Shown piece by piece: positions 30,501 through 37,282 of a stretch of 64,000 bases of DNA (its first letter is position 1; the number at the start of each line of letters is the position of its first letter). A program made the translations under genes and the position numbers. The DNA lies in NCBI GenBank assembly GCA_937975855.1, contig CALJTT010000004.1, positions 5,583-69,582 of the forward strand, written 5' to 3'. The notes beneath the pieces were generated by a model. The model saw nothing but the letters and a program-made list of their open reading frames with translations, was not told the origin of the DNA and searched no databases. Origin of the DNA: Minisyncoccota bacterium. GTDB lineage: Bacteria; Patescibacteriota; Minisyncoccia; Phycocordibacterales; UBA918.

Positions 30501-33500
30501 CAATTGATTCACTAGTTAAAGTTCCAGTTGTTGATCCAGTTATCAATTGAACAGAATCGCCAGACACCTCTACACCATCAAGAGCACCAGCTTGGAACTG
30601 CTCGTTTTCTGTCTGGAACCAAGCAGTGGCCAGTAATGTCGCATCTACAGTAAAGTTATAGATCTCTGACCAGTTACCCCAACTATTTGAACCTTCTGGG
30701 TCGCGAGCTTGAATGCGCCAGTAGTACGTAGTGCCGTCTGTAAAAGAGACTACTGGGGTGAACTTCATCTGCTCGCCATGCCTGAATGGAGCTTTGTCAG
30801 CCACAAGCACCTGGTTCTCGAACTGTGAAGAGTTTGAAATGGTATTTTTGGCAACCAGCGGAGAACCAAACGCAGGATCATCGTCGATCTCAATAGAGTA
30901 ATGTACGTTGTCACCCTCGTCATCAAACGCAGTGAAGTAGAACTCTTGGGTAGTGCTGGCGGTCTTTTCACTTATAAATGGCTTATCCAGAGTTAAAGTG
31001 TCTGGCGAAAAATTCGTTAACAGTTGCGGGTAGTGATTATAGGAAAAGAAAACTGTTCCGTCAGCTTGAACCAGCCGAAAACAATACTGCGTACCGGCCG
31101 AGGCACCATTGTGCTCTAATACAAAGTCCCATTCCCCTACGTCGCTAACTGCTATTTCGTTTGGCGTTGACGAAGCAAGCGCGTCCTCTTCATAGGTCGC
31201 CACCACCGTAGAAGAAGACAATAACGTCGATGGTAAAGTTGCGCCGTCAGCAATACCGCCAACGTTGTATCCACGCCAAATCGCTGCAGAGGCCACATCT
31301 CCCACATCAGTCCAGGTTGCAGCAAAACTACAAACGCTAGCTTCAGCAAATTGTAATTTAAAGTCAGACCCAATAGTAGAAGTGGCGTTTGTGACCTCGG
31401 TGTTTAAACGCAAGCGAACCACATCGCCATCTGCCACAGGTGTGCTGGTGGCAGTGATCGGCTCGCGCTCTATTAGATCTACTCCCCCGCCATCATTTGG
31501 CCAAGGTTCAGTCGGAGTCAAACTGGCTGCATTTGCATACCATCGTGAAGATAACTGCGTGTAAACCGGATCAACTCCCTGACGTTTTCCGAATCGCACC
31601 GTTACATACGGCGGCAGATGGTCGTCAGTTGAGAAGTCGGTAGCGTCAACCTGGTGAGTATGTGCACCAGCCGAACCAGAACTGCCCGAACGAGCATTGA
31701 TCGTCGCACTTGGGCCCGACGATGTTATTCCCAGCGCGTCAGCATGTGTATGACTTTGAACGTCACCAGTTGCGCCATATGTAGCAGCCGCTTTGATAAA
31801 CCGATTTGAAAACGCGTCGCCGTCATCAGAAACAGACACCCAGCCTCCATCGACATCTTCATCCCACATGGCAATCAGTCCGTTTGGTGGTGCGTCGTCA
31901 GCACTTAGTTCAGCCAGTAGAATCTCGATGAACGGAGGCTGATTATCAACACTGTCACTGTTCGAGTTAACGGTGTGATTGTGGGTGTCAGTTGCCCCTG
32001 ACTGTTGTGACCCACCACCTCGAATTCTGGTTCCTGCGCCGGCTGCGTTAGCTGTAGTCCCTGTAATACCATGCGTGTGAGTGTTGGATCCAGCAGTGGT
32101 ACCTGGAGTATCTTCGCCGTAGACGTACTTGCCGTCTTGTGCCGCGTAGCGATTCCAGCCAGCAGGCAGGCTAGAGGAAGCCGTGTCGAACATAGCAATT
32201 GCGCCGGCTGGAATAGTTGTTGGTTCACCAGCAGCCACATCGTAGCGAATAACCCGCAGCTGTCTATATTCGGGAAGGTTTGATTCTGAACTGATGGTTG
32301 GTGTGTACGTATGAGTATGACTGACAGGCGCAACCGCTCCAGAACCACTTTCTGTAGACGCTGCTGCAGAACCCAAAACCGAACCAACGGCAGTGTGCGT
32401 GTGAGTAGCAGCGCCACCAGTGTTGTTGTAAGTGGAGCTGGCGACAATAAAGCGCTGGTAAAAAGGATCAGCCGGGGCACAAGATACACACACCCAGTCG
32501 GTCGGGATACTGGCGCCAGAGTCCCAGAAAAGCAACATCTTACCAACTGCATCTGATGCGATTTGCCATTGCCGATGCTCTACAAACGAGATGTTAGAAG
32601 AACCTGTGGTACTGGCAGTGCGAACAACATCACCCTGCAACTCTGCTGCTCCCAGCACAAACAGGAATGGAGATATGTCAGGGGCGTCAAACTGATAAGA
32701 GACCTCAATCGATTCCCCTGCAGACACAGACACGTCCCAGGTCAAAACCTGATCGTCATTGTCGATAGTAATTGAAGCGTCCGTATCGAATATTTCAAAA
32801 TCTTTGGGGACTCGTTCGGTTAATGTTCCATCAAAACCCGCGCTACTGTCGACAGTTAGAATCATCGGGTACGCAGCTGGTGGATAAATACGAGTAGGCC
32901 CTTCTCGCGAAATAGACACATCTTGCGTTTCAACCACCCTAAAGGTGTCGCTGGTGAAACTAAGAACCTCACCATCGTCGCTTAGTCGTTCTAGATAAAG
33001 TTTATATTCGCCGGGTATACCAGCAGTTGAACTAGCCAGGAAATCTGGCACGTCGATTACGTTATTGCCATCACACAAGCCAGATTCGACTACCGGCAGA
33101 CGCTCGATCACACCCGCAGGATCAGTTACATACAAGTCGATGTTCGCTGAACAGATGGTGTGTCCAGTAGGGGTAATTGCACCAACAGAGAAATTGACAG
33201 ACTCGCCGGTAGCGTATTCTGTCTTGTTAGAGTTGATTGTCAAAATTCCCCACTGAAAACTGAAAGTGTCGATTGTCTGCTTGCCTCCTTCGTTCAGGGT
33301 CAGTTCGATTTCGTATTCACCAGGACGTAAATTTACGAGTTGCGCATCAGGAATTTTTATATCGAACTTACCATCTGGTGTCACCGACACCTCTGGTTGT
33401 AGTGGCATCGGTCCATAAGACTTGTGACTAACCAGAACATTCTCCACTTCTACCATGTCTGACCTGAGTATTGATCTGAACCCTCGCACTAGCGCGTTGC

Positions 33501-35061
33501 GCTGTGAAATGTATTGCAAGGTGAACTCGGGAGCCTCACTTCTAGTAAAGTTTAATTTTTTACTGATCATTGACGCTGCTTCGGGAATTTTCAGGTGCTG
33601 CAAATTTTCTGGTGAACCACGCCGTTCGATATCTTCATTTGTGACAACCTTGGTTTGCAGCTCTATCCAAGCCGCGTCCAAGAACATACCATCTAGCAGA
33701 TCAACATCCCCGCGATATACAACCGAAATAGAGATATCTTCCAGATCGGTGAGCGAAGTTACGTCCGGTAGTGCAAACAAGAAATAACCACCATTGAGAG
33801 CGTTTGAAATTTCTTCCTCCAAAAGAACCACACCAACAGTTTGTTGTGTGGTTGAAGCGCCATAGAGAACTTCGATATAAGGAGCTTCACCGTCTGCTGC
33901 AGGAGTTTTGAGTTTGGCCGCCATAGAAACGCGCAACTGGGCGTCGGTGATGAACTGGCCAGGTTGAAGTTTAGGTAGATCAAAATCAGTCACAACCAAT
34001 TCGCTCTCAACAGGGTCAATCCGCTCGTCAGATTCACCTGTATTTATGTTGGTTGTTTGCGAATCTAATGATTCAGTCGGTAGCACTTCGGTAGTTGTGG
34101 CTGCTTGAGATGAAGTTGTTGATCCTAACGGTTCTTCAGGAACAAAATCCACCACATTATCAACCAGTTCTGAATCAACAGCATTCGCGACTGAGACCTC
34201 TTCTTCAGGAACAACATCGGTTGAAGTGGCAGAAGTGACATCATTAGCTGCAACTTCTTCAGGTAAAGATTCATTGTCTGTCTCTATCACCGCAATCTCT
34301 GGCGTTGAAGTTTCCGAATCCTGCACTTCCTCTTGTTCAAGGGTTTCTTCGTCAACTACCAGATCGTCTGTTGTTGATGTTGCAATATCAACCAACAAAG
34401 GATATTTGCCAACCGATGGTCTAATTGTTTGCGACAAGTACCATGGTGTCTGATAAAGCGCCTGGGAAGTTGTGGCGGAAAAATCTTCGATCTCAGTCTT
34501 ATCCTCCTGAACTTGTTCGTCTGTAACTTCAACAGTCTGTACTTCTTCAGGAATCGCGGCAGTGTTTGAAACAGTTTCTTGTAGCTGCTCTTGTAGGCCA
34601 GAATCAGAGGACGAAGAGACGACGGGCTCTATCTCTAAATCGTTTACAACTGTCGAAGGTTCGACAGTATCTCGCTTTTTAGCTGTTGGAATGACAATTC
34701 GTTCTTGAGCTATAAACGATGAATTTTTTGCAGTGAAGTTTTGATAAAGACTGTCATTATCAAGATCGCGCACCAGCGCACGCTTGGAAGAAGCCCATGA
34801 ATCTGCCTCGGTTTCTGTTGGGTAAACCTCAACCGCAACATCAGAACCAAAGCTGATCGGTTCGCGCTTTGAGTACGCAGCTTCGGGTTCAAGAATAGAT
34901 ATTAAAAATACAACAACCAGAGTAAGAGCCAGCGATTTTGCAAAATAGTGACCAACACTAAAAGGCGAAATTAAACCATTTCGCGCTGTATTAACAGTAT
35001 TTATTTGTACTTCGTTTCTTTGGTTGTCGAGTTTATTCGTACCCACAAAGATAATGGCCAA
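18511..35061 (-). CDS. Giant (5516 aa) multidomain surface protein/adhesin with DUF2341-like, FN3-like, beta-helix-like super-repeats and tail-collar-like repeats
   Basis: Uninterrupted 16.5-kb ORF with an N-terminal hydrophobic segment, DFDDLRFTD...PYWI...VWVQVP...LYMYYNN (DUF2341-like), YYWRIQARD/YWWRVRAKD (FN3-like), and three YSQDH..DGDL.I.G...WSYATDFDG repeats. The start codon (TTG) is uncertain. Confidence 0.9.
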   Translation of the reverse strand: MAIIFVGTNKLDNQRNEVQINTVNTARNGLISPFSVGHYFAKSLALTLVVVFLISILEPEAAYSKREPISFGSDVAVEVYPTETEADSWASSKRALVRDLDNDSLYQNFTAKNSSFIAQERIVIPTAKKRDTVEPSTVVNDLEIEPVVSSSSDSGLQEQLQETVSNTAAIPEEVQTVEVTDEQVQEDKTEIEDFSATTSQALYQTPWYLSQTIRPSVGKYPLLVDIATSTTDDLVVDEETLEQEEVQDSETSTPEIAVIETDNESLPEEVAANDVTSATSTDVVPEEEVSVANAVDSELVDNVVDFVPEEPLGSTTSSQAATTTEVLPTESLDSQTTNINTGESDERIDPVESELVVTDFDLPKLQPGQFITDAQLRVSMAAKLKTPAADGEAPYIEVLYGASTTQQTVGVVLLEEEISNALNGGYFLFALPDVTSLTDLEDISISVVYRGDVDLLDGMFLDAAWIELQTKVVTNEDIERRGSPENLQHLKIPEAASMISKKLNFTRSEAPEFTLQYISQRNALVRGFRSILRSDMVEVENVLVSHKSYGPMPLQPEVSVTPDGKFDIKIPDAQLVNLRPGEYEIELTLNEGGKQTIDTFSFQWGILTINSNKTEYATGESVNFSVGAITPTGHTICSANIDLYVTDPAGVIERLPVVESGLCDGNNVIDVPDFLASSTAGIPGEYKLYLERLSDDGEVLSFTSDTFRVVETQDVSISREGPTRIYPPAAYPMILTVDSSAGFDGTLTERVPKDFEIFDTDASITIDNDDQVLTWDVSVSAGESIEVSYQFDAPDISPFLFVLGAAELQGDVVRTASTTGSSNISFVEHRQWQIASDAVGKMLLFWDSGASIPTDWVCVSCAPADPFYQRFIVASSTYNNTGGAATHTHTAVGSVLGSAAASTESGSGAVAPVSHTHTYTPTISSESNLPEYRQLRVIRYDVAAGEPTTIPAGAIAMFDTASSSLPAGWNRYAAQDGKYVYGEDTPGTTAGSNTHTHGITGTTANAAGAGTRIRGGGSQQSGATDTHNHTVNSNSDSVDNQPPFIEILLAELSADDAPPNGLIAMWDEDVDGGWVSVSDDGDAFSNRFIKAAATYGATGDVQSHTHADALGITSSGPSATINARSGSSGSAGAHTHQVDATDFSTDDHLPPYVTVRFGKRQGVDPVYTQLSSRWYANAASLTPTEPWPNDGGGVDLIEREPITATSTPVADGDVVRLRLNTEVTNATSTIGSDFKLQFAEASVCSFAATWTDVGDVASAAIWRGYNVGGIADGATLPSTLLSSSTVVATYEEDALASSTPNEIAVSDVGEWDFVLEHNGASAGTQYCFRLVQADGTVFFSYNHYPQLLTNFSPDTLTLDKPFISEKTASTTQEFYFTAFDDEGDNVHYSIEIDDDPAFGSPLVAKNTISNSSQFENQVLVADKAPFRHGEQMKFTPVVSFTDGTTYYWRIQARDPEGSNSWGNWSEIYNFTVDATLLATAWFQTENEQFQAGALDGVEVSGDSVQLITGSTTGTLTSESIVFFDGVNGTVWEDFVFTDVETTGSISYQIEYYDGSAWSLVPDSALPGNSSGFGTSPVPLLDVDTGEYDTLRVVATFTNSGGSPTLQDWTINWGYKVETPTIFSLFANEQVGTTTPTFEFVADDPQSEDLTYQISWSTDRDFAASTTRTSDVDGGFTNIVTGADTSPFNANERIRFEIQPADALTGTTTYWWRVRAKDPTGDNVYSFWTVERSLTVIPGTDVSTWFQTTKDQFDTDILSGTISTEAGYLTVATTATEAMIVYGEGIETEPRYRLWTGTVLSEEGTLLDISAPLKWSVVKAAPTREEYIAVTLGTDADINAQTYTIGEWRSQQELTTSVSDISARGFDVEYETLSGDAIAVYCDGDADPSYYVWDGTTWTSGGTINVAETTNCTWIELAANPTSDEMVIMVRGSDGNPFEAQVWDGSAWGNPTTLGRITESAYAGMALEYEESGGQAVIVASDGNPARFTWSSWNGTAWSAAANQTIGNDFEWGSLVRDEGSDDMALCLVDDTSDIAVVRWDGAAWTLDDNLETASVKTEPSFDCSFETTSGRDNHIMLTYSDATATNYQTYNNTAWSAETQVNTIINTATMQLERMGEGLILGAFLDNANDTLRFSTWNGSSWSTTVDLVTNVSVDTSPYGRPYDIGARQPGSTGSTIVSPPVYFEDGTGPYWQEFAWNDFQPGTSEIRYFVQYLSATNSWQMIPPSDLPVNELGTTTSPIDLSGLDRFTYNVVRPFAELACDGSGNCPEMYDWAVTWAAGLTISGTAQGYDQSTNVTSGNVVVAVNGVLQAGKVGTISAGVWSIDNVTVFPGDIVTVFVSGAADAAEAVGVTLYDGIGDIDGFELYERHVSIGSNDATSTPLTNLDIGSYTFTNDEDVFLSLSGSVLNTCADAGCTDAELYIKSGALYQPEGDIITHDFENNGSFTLETHSMEVSGSWENSATTSLSDSTVLFSALVGNEVIDNTGATTTFGSLTFGSTTSSAIWTVSPLLDVNGNLTVETGTLARATTSINVVGDITTGATGFWTGIGTTTLDGNSASIWSDKNVTLQNIGHVVIDGSSKIISLGSDVAAQSITIGIDDTLDASSNNYDLYVYGDWTNNNAFVARQGEVFFVATTTSHVIISAADAFYDLSFTGVGGSWSFAETEVFVNNNLTIATGTVTLPTATTTIDGSFDSTGGAFLHNNGVLYFTSDGPENITFDGAEFTNVAHNMTFEGAGTWTMTDTNATSTNDVNILQGSVLFPSGVFAIGGSLVADSGSFDGGTGTTRFYSSVAEVLTTSGSSFNNVVFDGIGSWSFSDTNALATGDLFVYGGALTLPDTFTIGGSYDNQATVSAGTSLVVFDSLDNGETIDFGADPLHDVLIASETGGWTVVSSATTTGTFTLASSSDFTMQSGESLSVAGEFHNYVGGASTTWTGSTLSLEAGAYSINNETDPGDTYGTIRVANDTDIKMWNSDAVVYDVDATGSLYSQDHGAIDGDLYIFGNYNIAGGNEYWSYATDFDGTDLAALSAQRQANVRFADGASADFDSVTFEIIGDFAASTTVANQGSGTYNVTVSGGTFDAQYHTFSNLGSTGLSLLDAVSVGVFENGSYQVDAVAGTALTLSSTTIDANPANQLYEISFSTTSAIFATNVSQTDGTPLSYWWFRSGAGNLYGESNDSDTGDPGSIRFDDSLLVITMAGTVYADAGVTPLGGPTCDGATAVVNVYVEGNPAPYTGSCDAGTGAYSISGITIVGDPALTIYLNNAAGGEQGSIITRTPTANILDADIYANRVIVRHEDLAALTINQLAVRDNSEDVDLQFVAATNTDSDTLTVLSGNELYVWASTTFTPGGEVTLAGEGAGTSYDGSLTLADNATFNAFATSTLAIGGRFTLGASSTFNAASTTVLMNASTTGKLITAGDEVTFNNLTFDGAGGGWALTADIRVLGDVLMTDGVLSGNGDIYVESGDFAGAGTVLLNGGTTTMAVANNLGGAGSWTFHNLQLGDTLSVGTTTPLFTSTTTIGGVLTIEMAHFLDAGSTIWDLAGTGVVFVEEGTFLADTSTVVYSGPGSEVLATEYYNLTLAASGAPATYTTGTPGIIVDNDLVIAGVAATTFDQTTNDPQFDINGDVTIESNGVWVLSDLATTTIAGSYDNNGVLTAGTGTLTFDGSGAISVAAGSSDFANVVIDATGDVTVTEHATATDSWLLTDANTFTLNSGQTLSVGGTFFNDIGGAPTTWTGSTLRLYGGNNYAINASTTADSYATLEVDGTTQVRMWNSDALSYTVDTTASLYSQDHSNVDGDLYIWGSYNQTAANDHWSYATDFDGTSLAGSERIASVYIADNGSVTITGGQLSVLGSASASSTVENQGSGTYALTIGGTASSTFDYYTLSDLNIDGLVITGSASIGSLSHGSIGVSQTGGSAVTVGGTAITANPAKAFTLNQLYLDGAASGFGATATGTSVSSWRFTNHYGDIAGEGFDVDPDGDPGYVSWDDSAANITISGTVYSDEGVTTAGASVCDGATTAVNVVVAGLTTYSSTCDGSGVYSVTGVTYSPGDSIIAYLLPATGEEGATVTADPVSNISNFDIYQNRVIVRHEATDPLTIADMSVWDSSDDAAIPFTAVDSAPDTLTVDSGFGLIVWTDKTFAPQGDMTVTGGSALDYDGTLKLLSGSTFDGGAAEVYSLGGSLISETDATFDAQTSSTTFTSSSAGRTVDTNDSGFYNLAFAGSGDWTMLDGDINNNFLITDGTVTLPSSTTTVSGSFVNSGGAFDANSGTLLFDSAVAGKTVTFGGSDANEVLFSGPGTWTMSDTTATATASFIVVDGTVTLPTGTLTVAGDFVVDGTIAHAGGEVVLTSTTGGNLVTLSGNDLNSLTIAAAAGDYTLIDMSASLLDSLTLTGGTFTVGTGTLAIGGSFDVSGGTYSHASGTLLFNSNDAGEFIDPGANDLYNVVIAGTGGWTLTDSATTTNNFSLSNAGSFTVVPGSVLYVGGVFSNDVGGAATTWTSTTLVLDGSNEYETNDKTIPTEAYDTLVLGENTDISSWNSSATTVSVPSSSSWYSQDHAGADGDLNIYGDYHISTTTEYWSYATDFDGTDLSGSERVVTVRLADNSSATVDGGSLQIVGEAGNETNITNQGSGTYSFAVSSGALNALYYSVRNTDAAGWQLSGVPTISSLSYGDFELAVDGGSLMTLSSSTVNANASLIITGSRFATSASITGNNITLSGVTGNVWTFASHVGNLDGEVYDIDGATDCGSVRWGDSSCLITQQTDFRWRNDDGNAQVPDIEWMNTDWAARQPVRLTNADAATYTDVAVQVTVPYDSDMRSDFDDLRFTDNTGTTTVPYWIGSSTDSTIVEVWVQVPTMPAESDTVLYMYYNNPSATSSSDLEQVFVAADDFEDNDIAEYTGQTALFATDASFAFDGTYGLGNAGNESSRATLGGMYRFDQSVSQGETIRYQQYVDTSAGTSDETCVLFGVQSPGSTNENYAVCIEQFGTDRITLVRDAVENDASGTIIGSSTVTYTTGWYEVEVDWRTNDTFDLRLYNDAGTQVTSFSASDSTYTTGGYGFTFWFHNGGWDSFSSRPTMTSKPNVRFGAEQSDGGATWAAEQNTAATFEAGDTARLRLAVENSGGAITAQRFALEYVPKGSAPSCEAVSTAGYLDVPVQSSCGLSPVCMQTSTEVTNGETTVDLLNDVSGQFTAGELREDPSNETGDLDIAMFEYTEIEYVITPTINVDDQNLCFRVTDQGTELDTYLEVAELTLRFDPVLGSLSLNDGLDISLSAGTTTEIIASTTVTDLNGIADIVSATTTFYKTSVGAACSPDDNNCYVATSSCTYTNCTTNACSLQCSAPIVYHADPTDLDGAEEWFAFMEVEDTTGAVDFVTSTGVELLTLRALDIQNSIAYGVVEVTNNTGAFNPAVTLHNIGNESIDVQIAGTDMSDGASSVIAAAQQRYATSTFNYAACVGCSALTVTPANLELDLSKPTTTTPGVTDNLYWGIEVPFGSASRPHTGINSFTAIGD

Positions 35062-35093
35062 GCCTCATAAGATAGAGACGTGAGCCATTCTAA

Positions 35094-35132
35094 AGTATAA
35101 CGCGCGACTCCAAAGGAATCGCGCGTTATACT
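35094..35132. terminator. Long hairpin between the cohesin gene and the giant gene
   Basis: AGTATAACGCGCGA...TCGCGCGTTATACT, 14-bp perfect arms with a weak U-tract. Confidence 0.5.
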
Positions 35133-35158
35133 CAGTTTTGTTGATTACTAGGCCTGCT

Positions 35159-36697
35159 TTACTTCAGAATCGCCTTTACATCACTGATTTCTTTTTCAAT
35201 CAAGGTTTCAGATACCTCTAGTGCTTGAGTCAAGCCTTGGACCGCTTCTCTTTCCTTTTCGGTTAGACGCTTGCGTTTTGTAATATGATTAACCTGATCG
35301 TAAATTTCGTCTCGTAAGGCAGAGAAAATTTTCTCCATCTGGTCTTGTATTTCGCGGGTTTCTCTGCGTAGTTTTTCTTCTTTGATACGCAGTTGCTTGT
35401 GTTCGTACCAAACGTAGATCAGCAGTAAGAGTATTGTAAGGAATAGGAAGAAGATCAGCAGGTTAATGAAGGTGAAGTAATCCCAGAACGACCATTCTTC
35501 AACTAGTTCTACTGGCTTAGTCCACCCAGCGGTAATCAAAGCTGCAGCGGTTGTCTCCCTGGAATTGCCCGCCATATCGTAGGCAGTTACGTATACAGAG
35601 TATGTACCGTCTTCCAACTCGCCCAGTAAGTAACCCAGCTCTGCCTGCTGTGGAGTCACAGTGATTGGCTCCCCTCCATCAATAACTAATTTATAGTAGT
35701 CGATGCCGGAAGTAGAATCATTCGCAGCAAAGGTGAGGGTCGGGAACGAGTCTCGGGAAGGGCCCGGGTTTACACCAATGGTAAATGGTTCCGGTTCGGT
35801 TGTATCAATTTTCAACTGACGATTGGTCGTTGCACCCCAACCAACCTGGTTCTTAAAGTTGATACTGACATACTGAATCCCGTCAGTCGTGTTATCTGAA
35901 CTGACAACAAATTCATCAGTTGGTGGATCGATGATCGCTTCAAAGTTGTCTTGAGGAATGTTCTCAGGATCAGTACTAACTTCAACTGCAACCGCACTAA
36001 CATCAAACGGAAGTGTCCAGGCAAAGACACCGTCTGTGCTGTTGTACCAAATTTCAGAGTCGAGGAATATAGGTGATCCGATTTCTGGTGGTCGTGGAGG
36101 GTCACCGAAGATAATTGCTTCTTCAGAATCTTGGGCAGGCTGTGCAGCCGGTGCAGGTGCTTCTGCAGGTTCAGGTGTAGGGGCAGGCGGAGGTGTTGCC
36201 GCACCGCTCAGGGAATAATTACCACCAGTTCCGTTCTCAAAAACATCTGTACCACGACCGTCAGCTGCTAGTACAGAAGCTTCACCAAAATCCACTACAG
36301 CGTCACCTTCCCCAACGACTCTGAATGTCACATTAACCAGGTTAGATGTGGTAGTAAAAGGAGTTGGGCTACCGCCACCAAAGGTCACAGTTCCAGCGCT
36401 ATTAGAAAAGGTTGGCTCTGTAGTCCAAAGTGAGAAAACTGAACCTGACTTACTAACACTAACGACAGAAAGTTTACTAGCATCAAATGAAAGAGTTGAT
36501 TCGACAGCATTAACACTATCTCCACCTGGAACCGCACGAACAGTCACGGTAAAAGTTTGTCCGGAGGAATAAGAGCCTGTACTAGGTGAGACCACTAGAT
36601 CAGCCGCCAAAGAAAAATGGGCGCTCAGGAAAAATAATAAAATCGCTATTAGGGATAAGACGATTTGTTTTGGAAAGAACTGCTTTTGTTGAATCAT
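35159..36697 (-). CDS. Membrane-anchored cohesin-domain protein (paralog of 5999..7744)
   Basis: VNAVESTLSF...SVFSLW...FGGG...VLAADGRGT cohesin, a Pro/Ala linker, Ig domains, a TM, and a tail ending EKEISDV. Confidence 0.8.
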   Translation of the reverse strand: MIQQKQFFPKQIVLSLIAILLFFLSAHFSLAADLVVSPSTGSYSSGQTFTVTVRAVPGGDSVNAVESTLSFDASKLSVVSVSKSGSVFSLWTTEPTFSNSAGTVTFGGGSPTPFTTTSNLVNVTFRVVGEGDAVVDFGEASVLAADGRGTDVFENGTGGNYSLSGAATPPPAPTPEPAEAPAPAAQPAQDSEEAIIFGDPPRPPEIGSPIFLDSEIWYNSTDGVFAWTLPFDVSAVAVEVSTDPENIPQDNFEAIIDPPTDEFVVSSDNTTDGIQYVSINFKNQVGWGATTNRQLKIDTTEPEPFTIGVNPGPSRDSFPTLTFAANDSTSGIDYYKLVIDGGEPITVTPQQAELGYLLGELEDGTYSVYVTAYDMAGNSRETTAAALITAGWTKPVELVEEWSFWDYFTFINLLIFFLFLTILLLLIYVWYEHKQLRIKEEKLRRETREIQDQMEKIFSALRDEIYDQVNHITKRKRLTEKEREAVQGLTQALEVSETLIEKEISDVKAILK

Positions 36698-36700
36698 AAA

Positions 36701-37231
36701 TTAATCTTTAGCTCTTTTAGTACTCTTTTTCCTAACCACCCTTCTCTTTACTTTAGCTTTTGCGTTTGAACCTTGTGCTCTGCGGCCACCGCTTACTTTA
36801 AGAGTAACCTTTTCCTTTTCACTAGGTTTCAAGAGTGGCAACATTAGTATAAGTACACCATTTTTTATTTTAGCGTCAGCCTTTTCTATGTTTACACTTT
36901 CTGGGAGAATGATCCGTCGGTAAAAATCTCCCCAGACGCATTCTTCCGCCACAAAAGAGCCCTGCACTTTTTTGCCTGGAAAAGCTATGTATTCTGGCCT
37001 GATCCTTTTTCCTTCTATCAAGACTATATCTGCATCACCCTCAATTGAGACACGTACGTCATTCATATCCGCCCCCGCTGACTGGGCGTAGACCACAATC
37101 ATGCGTTCGGTTTGGTACACGTCAACGTGCAACTGAGCAACTTTGTCCGCAGCAGTTTCTTCAGCGTCTGACAACAACCCCTGATCCTGGTTACGAACAC
37201 CCCTACCTTTAAGTCTCTGTAGAAAGGACAT
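36701..37231 (-). CDS. Hsp20/alpha-crystallin family small heat-shock protein
   Basis: VDVYQT...IEGKR...ECVWGDFYRRIILP...A.IKNGVLILMLP, with a basic C-terminal tail. Confidence 0.88.
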   Translation of the reverse strand: MSFLQRLKGRGVRNQDQGLLSDAEETAADKVAQLHVDVYQTERMIVVYAQSAGADMNDVRVSIEGDADIVLIEGKRIRPEYIAFPGKKVQGSFVAEECVWGDFYRRIILPESVNIEKADAKIKNGVLILMLPLLKPSEKEKVTLKVSGGRRAQGSNAKAKVKRRVVRKKSTKRAKD

Positions 37232-37282
37232 ATACGACTATTATACTTAATTACAGGAAGCGCGTTTGTGGTTTACCCACAA

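Noticed and set aside
31580-32545. Prophage suggested by the tail-fibre motifs
   Set aside because: The motifs are internal to the giant ORF. I saw no integrase, terminase, capsid or portal gene.
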